Shown one piece after another: positions 1 to 7,140 of a DNA stretch of 8,595 nt. Position numbers and translations under genes: made by a program. The notes beneath the pieces were generated by a model. That model was given only the letters and a program-made list of their open reading frames with translations, was not told where the DNA came from and searched no databases. Position 1 is the stretch's first letter; each line of letters opens with the position of its first letter. This stretch comes from Geosiphon pyriformis uo1 (lineage: Eukaryota > Fungi > Glomeromycota): NCBI GenBank assembly GCA_016748015.1, contig JAAOMT010000247.1, forward strand, positions 1 to 8,595, written 5' to 3'.

Positions 1-654
1 GGAGCCGATTTAAGTCCTCAGTACTTAATACTTGAGAGATCGGACCTGGGACATTAAGTCTCATAGTCAAACAGGATTTGGTCTTAGGATCCTCCTATCA
101 AGACCTAAGAGTGGGGGCGTATCCCAAGCCTCCAACAAAGTGCCTCATGAGTAAAGCATAGGTGTATTAGTACTGATGGCTACTTGTACCCATATGATCT
201 AGCTCTCATAATAAAGCCACAAGACTGGAGATAGTACTGTATCCGTAGACTAGTGACAACAACCAATGGTACATGGGCAATTCAAGCAGCCTACTCAAGC
301 TGTGATTGACTAATTGATCAACCCCCTTCTATCACTGTCTGAAATTAAGTAGTAAAATATAGCATGTAAATAGACCAGGAGTAGGGCTTGGGGGCCAAGG
401 GAAGTAAAGGATTTGAGTAGCAACCTGATAAGGGGATCCTTACTTGACTTGATTTGAGATCCGGTCAAGGACTCATTGGTGGATCCGGCGACAGGTGAGA
501 AATTCCAGGAGTATATCTAATACTAGTCATAGTATAGCTTAGCAAGCAAACGTCAGAAAGGCCGAGGGGAGTACTGGTATATTTTGCAAAGGAGCACGTA
601 ACCAGCCAGTAGTGCACTTCTAGGACTTGTTATCCATGATTGATAGCCCTTATG

Positions 655-1298
655 ACCAACCATTCCCGTTTTGTGTACTACTCCAACACATCCAAATCAA
701 AGGTTATCCCCAATACCCCCAAACCAGGATAATTGCCCATCCCCCCGAGCACAAGAGCCCCAACCAATCCCCCCCCAGTACCAACCACGAGCCACCATAA
801 CCATATCAACCACCAATCATAACTACTACCAACCATACCAAGTACCCAACCAATGGACCCCTCTGCCAACACCCTCTCCAGGGTCCCAAAAACTGCCAAA
901 TCCCCCCCAAAAACAATCAGATCCCCAGTCCCCCCCAGTACTCTGGTATTGGGCAGTTTGATGTGCAAGACTGATGTGTGATGGGACCCAAACTCTAATT
1001 GCAAGCCTCGTCATGGGTATTTACCCAACCACCACCAACCAGTACAAGTAGTAGCCCTGGGATAGGGGCCTTTACCACCCCGGTGGGATAGTGCTGTCTG
1101 CCATAAGACTCCTGGGGATGGGGGCCATAAAATCCCTTTTTATACAACCCACCACCCAATACCATACCCACACCCAGCTAAAACCAGTCCCCCAACCACT
1201 CAAAGTCCCCAACACTACTGGGAGAGAGCCATTGTCCCAAACGTAACCAAATACAAATCCCAATCCACAACCTCCCCTGACTACCACAGGAACCAAAA
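655..1298 (+). repeat. A/C-rich, G-poor low-complexity tract (CCAA/CCAC/TACC-type words)
   Basis: Visible strand skew with multiple C runs. Similar tracts lie at about 2500-2760, 3940-4030 and 4360-4790. Confidence 0.7.
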
Positions 1299-1869
1299 CA
1301 GGGTTGATGGTGTAATGATTTGGTACCCCCAAATACAAGGGTCTGGTTTGTGATGGTGATTTGGATGGTGAGGGGGGATAGTAAAATGGGTATTTGGTAT
1401 GGTGTGGATGAGGTATTTGGGGATACATGGTGATTACGGGTATTGGGTATCTAGATCACTGGGATCCATGGGTATCCGTATCCATTTGGGATTCGTACCC
1501 CATATCACAGTTTGGGTTGGGGATCCATTTAGGGGTTTGGTGGATCCTTGTATACCTGTAGAAAAATGGGTGGGATCCAGATACCAATGTATCTGGGATA
1601 CGGGGGACTTGTGTACCCATTGGGATACTGGGATACCTTGTATTTAGGGTATAGATGTGGTATCCATTGGTGGTTTTGGGGATCCATCCATTTGTGTATA
1701 CGGTATCCAAGTATCCATGGTTTTTTGGGATCCCATTGTGTATCAGGATCCAACAGTTCTTATCATATGATAAAGGGGTACCTATACCCAATACATACTC
1801 AATACCTGCCATGGGGGGGGATATTTGATCCCCCAACAAGTAGGTATCTTATATACACCATCAACCTTT
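1299..1869. mobile_element. Putative non-autonomous TIR element (MITE-like, hAT-type CAGGG terminus), decayed
   Basis: GGTTGATGGTGTA (1302-1314) is a perfect 13-bp inverted repeat of TACACCATCAACC (1854-1866). It extends to CAGGGTTGATGGTGTA / TACACCATCAACCTTT (14/16). The left end coincides with the abrupt switch from A/C-rich to G/T-rich sequence. No clear target-site duplication. Confidence 0.5.
1426..1813. mobile_element. Nested GGATCC/GGATAC-rich element with imperfect terminal inverted repeats
   Basis: The left end CATGG-tgatta-CGGGTATTGGGTAT (1426-1450) pairs with the right end ATACTCAATACCTG-CCATG (1795-1813), with two C>T transitions and one 6-nt indel. The interior has 7 GGATCC sites (1462, 1521, 1542, 1573, 1680, 1728, 1746) plus at least eight GGATAC/GTATCC. 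GGGGATA lies on both flanks (1419-1425, 1817-1823). Confidence 0.45.
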
Positions 1870-2640
1870 ACACAACTGCTCTATGGGGGGGTAAGCGCCT
1901 CCCGAGGCAGCAGGGGCTTTCTCCCACCAGTAGGTCTAAAGTATCCCAAGTTCCCCCCCTAACCTTTGCGTGGGGGGGGGGGTAAAAGTAAGGGTTGGGA
2001 TGCCAACGGAGTGGGTGGCATTGATCCCCAGTAGTGGTTAGTTTGTTTGTGGTGCCGTATCCCAATGTAACTTGGCCACCGTCTCCAACTAACTGTACGT
2101 GCGCCCCCCAACTGGCCCCCGGGCTGGGTTTTGGTATCCATACCACTCGCACACTCATAAAACACTTGTCATACCAATCAACGACCCCCAGGGGGCCCCA
2201 CCGTCCAACAAGGGAACCGTATAAATACATGTACCACAATAAACCATCAACAACCCCATGGGTACCTGACCCAAACCATTAGGGGTAACCCCGTATACAA
2301 AATCCTCCCCAATATACACAACCACTTGTAGTGTTGGCTGGCTCTACCCACCATCAAAATAGGGGTAACAGACCCAACCAATAAATAAAAGTCAAGTAAG
2401 TAGTGGTAGGGTCAGTGGCGCGGGTCTAAGTAGCCCTTATAGGGGTTTTATCAGGATGAGCAACTGGGTAGTGGCTTTACCCAAGGTTTAATACCCGAAC
2501 CACACGTACAAATCCCAAAGACCTAATAACTGTACAAATCCACTACAACAAATCAACCAAATGGCCCCTAATCAATTTACCCTTGTTACCTACCATCACT
2601 CCCATCCAACAAACTACCACTACCCATTACCAAAAATATC

Positions 2641-3326
2641 CTAACAAACCCAACTACCCTTGCCCCACCCAATACCACAATTCAACCAAGGGGTCCCCTT
2701 ACAAAAACAGCTCCAACCAGCTACCCCCAACATAAACACTCCAACTACTACCTTAGTACTCATCGGACTCAAAGTCAGGGGGCCCTGGCACCATATGGGG
2801 ATATCAGGGGGGGGGGTAGTAATCATCATGAGGAGTCATCCGGATGGTCAGTAATAGTAGTCAAGTCATAAAGGTCCTATGTCCTCCTGGCAGTAGCCAT
2901 AAATAAGAGTACTTGTATGTAAAGGTACAAAGTCCATCAATAAGGGGTCCACTAAGAGTCAGAATAGTAAATAGGTTATGGTATGACTAGTCTTAATCCA
3001 ATCATCCTCCTCAACAATCTCTGGTACATATCAATAAACCCATAGTCCCCATAGAGTTTGATGGATCGAGTATCCCCGTGAGGTCCAATACCAGGTAGAT
3101 TGTGTGTTTACAACAAAGGCCCTGCGTCCCTATAGGGGGGGTAAAATGGGTATAGTCAGTAATTGTGGTGGATGAGTACCCCACAAACCAATAGTAAACA
3201 AAAGGTACAAGAGTTCCGAACCTCGTCTAAGGGTCCAATATGAGGGTGTATGGCCCCACTACCAATGGGTACCCAAAACCTAATCCCCAAGTGGGTATGA
3301 CTACCCAAACCCAATACACCATCCAT
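2641..3326 (-). pseudogene. Two-exon gene relic of unknown function (exon 1 3326-3222, exon 2 3129-2641)
   Basis: ATG at 3326 opens 35 stop-free codons (MDGVLGLGSHTHLGIRFWVPIGSGAIHPHIGPLDE). After a phase-0 intron the frame continues GRRAFVVNTQSTWYWTSRGYSIHQTLWGLWVY*YVPEIVEEDDWIKTSHTITYLLF*LLVDPLLMDFVPLHTSTLIYGYCQEDIGPL*…. All five internal stops are TGA (3033, 2961, 2868, 2850, 2838), and the frame joins track ORF 2641..2829. The true 3' end is uncertain. Confidence 0.4.
3130..3221 (-). other. Spliceosomal-type intron candidate (92 nt)
   Basis: Donor GAG|GTTCGG at 3221, branch-site motif TACTGAC at 3161-3155, pyrimidine-rich tract CCCATTTTACCCCCCC, acceptor TAG ending at 3130. Splicing joins the flanking frames in phase. 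Confidence 0.5.
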
Positions 3327-3335
3327 ATAAGGGTA

Positions 3336-3370
3336 GCGCGCCGGCGCCGCGCCCCTTGAATTGGCGCCAA
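3336..3370. promoter_or_regulatory. Miniature CpG-dense island with palindrome TTGGCGCCAA; function unknown
   Basis: GCGCGCCGGCGCCGCGCCCCTTGAATTGGCGCCAA holds 7 CpG within 30 bp, versus 7 in 641-1440 and 5 in 5761-6600 (manual counts). It has GGCGCC twice and a 10-bp palindrome at 3361-3370. The motif is clear, but the regulatory role is only inferred. Confidence 0.3.
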
Positions 3371-5173
3371 ATTAGAAAAACAACTTGGTTTGGTCTTTGG
3401 GTCCAAAAAACAAGTCCTGGGGATGGGGGGGGGGGGGGTCCCACCACCAAATATGATAGGGTATTGGTATTACTAGGGGTTACAATAAGGCAAAATACTC
3501 GGCCTTTACAACCCAAACCAATAGTACCATCTCATCAACTATAGTACCATCCTAGTCTAATTCTGGACCTGCACGGGGGGAAGTCATGGGTTATAGGTAT
3601 TACCACCAAGGACCCATTGTATACCATTGGTTTGTTGTCTTTATCCCCCTACAAAGTACCCAAGTATACCGGGTGTCTTTGATTACAAGGTAACCAATAG
3701 GTCCCCACTATGTACCATATCCATCTGGTACTACCATAAATCCAATACCATGGACCATCCCAATCTCCCCTACCCTTATGTACTTACTCCGTGATTGTAA
3801 CCTTTAGTGTCCCTACCATGCATCATGAGCCCCTGCTATTCAGTACTACTGTATTATGGGGTTACAAGTGATATCTAAGATCCAGTCATCTTGTACATCT
3901 GACCAATAAATACTATATCTGGTATCCCCCATAAGCACACACTAACTCTCCATTTTATCCCCATACCCCCGTTATACCCAAAGGGTACTCCCAACCCCAA
4001 AACTACCAAACCATACAAATATGACCAACCTAAGCGTTTATAGCGCCTCCTTACCCAACAGGGACCATTACAAAAGCAAGTTTTACATCCCATTGGGGCA
4101 ATGTTGTACCTGTAAGATCCCTACTTGTATCATCCCCCCAACCAAAGGGTGTCTTACCCCCCCCCGGGATCACGTGTCTCCCCCCCCACAAAACCACACA
4201 AAAGGGTCTCCCTTGTATCCATACTCTTAAAACCCTGGAAACCATTGCTTATAGTCGCATATGGTGGTGCTCAAAAGAGCTTTGATCTTCCCATAACCCA
4301 AAGACGTTGTTGATCTTACATCCCAGTAGTCTTGTGATTGCCCCCTATAGGGGATAGGACAAAAAAAACAATCCCACCCCCTCCTGACAACAACCAACAC
4401 CAAACCAACAATACTCTTACTACCCATTGGTACCCTCACGGGTTACCACTAGGGACCATACCTACAGCAACCTAAATGGCAGTTCATGTAGTACTTATAT
4501 CCACTACTTGTATAACCCGGTACCATACAAAATCCAGACCTCTACCAATACCCATACCACCAACCACATCCTCACTAGTACCGTAAGACCATGGACTAAC
4601 TACAAGACAACTCCAACCCAAAATCACTGAGTATCTTTCCACATCCACATCCACCCCAATATTCGTAGTCCTACTACCAAATCCTCACTCCTACTACTCT
4701 TATCCCCTTCCTATAACATCCATACCATACATACAGTTTACGATATACCAATCAACTAACAAGGACCAGTCCAACAACCAATGGATACCATATCTGAAGC
4801 CAAGGGCCTTACCAGCTGGATCATAGAGGATTGGCGGCAGGGGCCGGGATCCCTTTACTATACCAATCAGTTCAGTAACTGAGGCCACCAATTAAGGCAA
4901 GTACAAGAACTCATACTTGTATACGTATAAAAGCCTACGAGTCCGTGCAGTACTAAAGCTCAGCTCAAAAAATCTTGCGTGGGATGGCTCAAAAGTAACT
5001 TGTACAAAGCTCTCATAGGACTTAAAGCCGCCCAATACTTAAACCAATACCATAAGGCTTGTCATGGTATCTTTGTAAACTTGAGTAGTTGTCAACGGGG
5101 CTTTTTGGGGTCAGGTTCAACAAGATCCCCCAATGACTTTGGGTTGTACGGGGCTAAAACAAAGTAAAGCCTT

Positions 5174-5210
5174 AAATGGGGACCCCAAAACAAATGGGGA
5201 CCACCAAAAC
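5174..5210 (+). repeat. Two-copy tandem repeat (18/19 bp)
   Basis: AAATGGGGACCCCAAAAC (5174-5191) followed by AAATGGGGACCACCAAAAC (5192-5210). Confidence 0.85.
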
Positions 5211-5283
5211 CACTTAAAACCCAACAAAGTAGGGCTTTGGACCAACCACTAAAGCAGTTAGAAAATGGCTTAAAGGGGTCCCT

Positions 5284-7140
5284 TCAATACGGGGGGGGGC
5301 TATTGGGTTTCTGGTAATAAGCAACCTCATGAGTACTGAGGATAGGCTGTAGGATAAAGTAAGCAGTAGTAATGGCAGGAGTGCTTAGCCATTATACCAT
5401 TAGGAGAACAATTATGGAGAGGCTAGCAAGGTCAGACATTTTCGATTTGTCATCAAGAAAATAGAGCCTATGGATTGCTATTTGGGTTACCTATGTAATG
5501 GGCTACATTTGTAATCAGATCCAGATCCCTTTAGCTTAAAGCCTTATCCATATCCTCTCAAAATAGGAGATACTCATAGGTAAGGGCTACCGGTCTAGAG
5601 GATACTTAGCTTTATTCGGAGGGATTAGGATCCCATAGGTAGTTTGTACAGGTCAGAAGGAGTAAAGCTCCAACTGGCTATACTCATACCAAGCAAAGAA
5701 TAGGGTTAACCCACCAAGGCACTGACTTTGCGTAATTTCTATACTCCCTGTTGTTACCAACTTGGACATGAGGGGCTCCCCCAATAATAGTACCCTGTCC
5801 TCCTCCCTCCAAATAGGTATGGGATGGCTTGGAGCCTTTCTATAGGGACCAATCATGTACCAGGCAAAAGGGTAACTGATAGAGGAAGCTTGGCAAATAT
5901 GCCCAATGAATACTGAGTGAGTAATAAGTAAGTACTGGATGTACCTATTGGTATCAATACTACTGATTGGGACAGTAATACTAAATGGTTACTCTCCATC
6001 ATCATTGTGGAGCACAAAGGGATTAGATAGAGGTAGCAAATATACCTCTCAAAGTATAATAGCGGGACTTAGAGAACTGTAGACAACCAAGTATGCAAAC
6101 AAAAGTCCTTTACTTAATAGCCACACAAGAAGAGCTACTGATATGGTACAAGTTGGGGGGTATAGCTGTATGAGTAGGCAGACCCATATAGACAGGCAGG
6201 GATGTATGGACTGTACTCCCTCATATTGTGTAAAGGTCTCATTTTATTGTGCCTCAACACCGGGAGAGTTATAGGAGTAAGCCTAGTCCCATGAGTACCA
6301 ATACTCAAGGATTAGTAGGGATAACCAGGAGTAGTCATGAGTAATACCAATAGTTGGGATATCTTAGGGGTCTAGGGTCATGAGTATCAAGATAGTAGTA
6401 GTTCATGAGGTCTTCTAGTACAATCCAGTACAAGTCTGGTGAGAAAATACGGTGGGACCGTACCAATGGTAACAGGGTATTGGATGGGATATTAGTAGTC
6501 ATAGCCAACCAAGCCTTAAGCCTCATTCCATACTTGATTTATCCATATGTCATGTTGCCCATTACTCATAAGGACTACTCAGATCGTACCATGATAGGTG
6601 TGTAAAACAGGTAGGGAGCCGATTTAAGTCCTCAGTACTTAATACTTGAGAGATCGGACCTGGGACATTAAGTCTCATAGTCAAACAGGATTTGGTCTTA
6701 GGATCCTCCTATCAAGACCTAAGAGTGGGGGCGTATCCCAAGCCTCCAACAAAGTGCCTCATGAGTAAAGCATAGGTGTATTAGTACTGATGGCTACTTG
6801 TACCCATATGATCTAGCTCTCATAATAAAGCCACAAGACTGGAGATAGTACTGTATCCGTAGACTAGTGACAACAACCAATGGTACATGGGCAATTCAAG
6901 CAGCCTACTCAAGCTGTGATTGACTAATTGATCAACCCCCTTCTATCACTGTCTGAAATTAAGTAGTAAAATATAGCATGTAAATAGACCAGGAGTAGGG
7001 CTTGGGGGCCAAGGGAAGTAAAGGATTTGAGTAGCAACCTGATAAGGGGATCCTTACTTGACTTGATTTGAGATCCGGTCAAGGACTCATTGGTGGATCC
7101 GGCGACAGGTGAGAAATTCCAGGAGTATATCTAATACTAG
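5284..7140 (-). pseudogene. Degenerate coding-like region, product not recognised (upstream part also present at 1-526)
   Basis: Composition differs from the flanks, lacking the A/C low-complexity tracts. One minus frame has only 2 stops in 196 codons (6243-5656), including a 111-codon open run (5988-5656) that contains track ORF 5653..5856; by manual count the other two minus frames have about 20 stops over 5641-6240. Codons end mostly in T/C by eye. Elsewhere stop density is near random, so the boundaries and frame are uncertain. Confidence 0.3.

Larger units (their letters stand above)
1..1981 (+). repeat. Long direct repeat, copy 1 (clipped by window start)
   Basis: Sequence starting GGAGCCGATTTAAGTCC at 1 recurs at 6615. 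Seven ORFs in the track recur with identical translations at a constant offset of 6614 (e.g. 671/7285, 1456/8070). Confidence 0.98.
1..6614. other. 6614-bp repeat unit: probable circular molecule (untrimmed overlap) or tandem-array monomer
   Basis: Period is 6614 bp and both repeat ends coincide with the window edges. There are no TG..CA ends, and neither composition nor the minus-strand reading frame breaks at 6614/6615. Confidence 0.7.

Noticed and set aside
1301-1314. Similarity of GGGTTGATGGTGTA to the kinetoplastid minicircle CSB-3/UMS (GGGGTTGGTGTA)
   Set aside because: It needs a multi-base indel, I see no CSB-1/CSB-2 upstream, and the motif is better explained as one arm of an inverted repeat with 1854-1866.
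1420-1760. CRISPR-like array
   Set aside because: The repeated units are only about 6-8 bp, irregularly spaced and in both orientations, and there are no cas genes.
671-2282. Overlapping Pro/Gln-rich and Gly/Trp/Val-rich ORFs in the track (and their copies at 7285-8453)
   Set aside because: They overlap on both strands, have no recognisable domain, and their composition follows from the A/C or G/T skew and the GGATCC/GGATAC motif array.
2403-2503. tRNA- or SINE-like segment (TGGCGC A-box-like word; GGTTTAATACC resembling a decayed GGTTCGA T-loop; GTGGT/ACCAC ends)
   Set aside because: The T-stem and acceptor stem do not pair adequately and the spacing is wrong. It would need a tRNAscan-SE or Infernal hit to be supported.
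4041-4065. TAGCGCC…CAACAGGGAC resembling a tRNA-Lys primer-binding site (TGGCGCCCGAACAGGGAC)
   Set aside because: The match is split by an insertion of about 8 nt and is not adjacent to any LTR end, so it is likely chance.
5402-5463. AGGAG followed by ATG (Shine-Dalgarno-like) on the + strand
   Set aside because: The frame stops after 16 codons and there is no other sign of prokaryotic gene organisation.
1-6614. Organellar minicircle (dinoflagellate plastid, diplonemid mitochondrion), CRESS-DNA virus or bacterial plasmid
   Set aside because: No recognisable photosynthesis, respiratory, rRNA, Rep or capsid sequence in the frames I read, and the intron-like signals and CpG decay point to nuclear eukaryotic DNA. 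A very short or heavily edited gene module could have been missed without a search.
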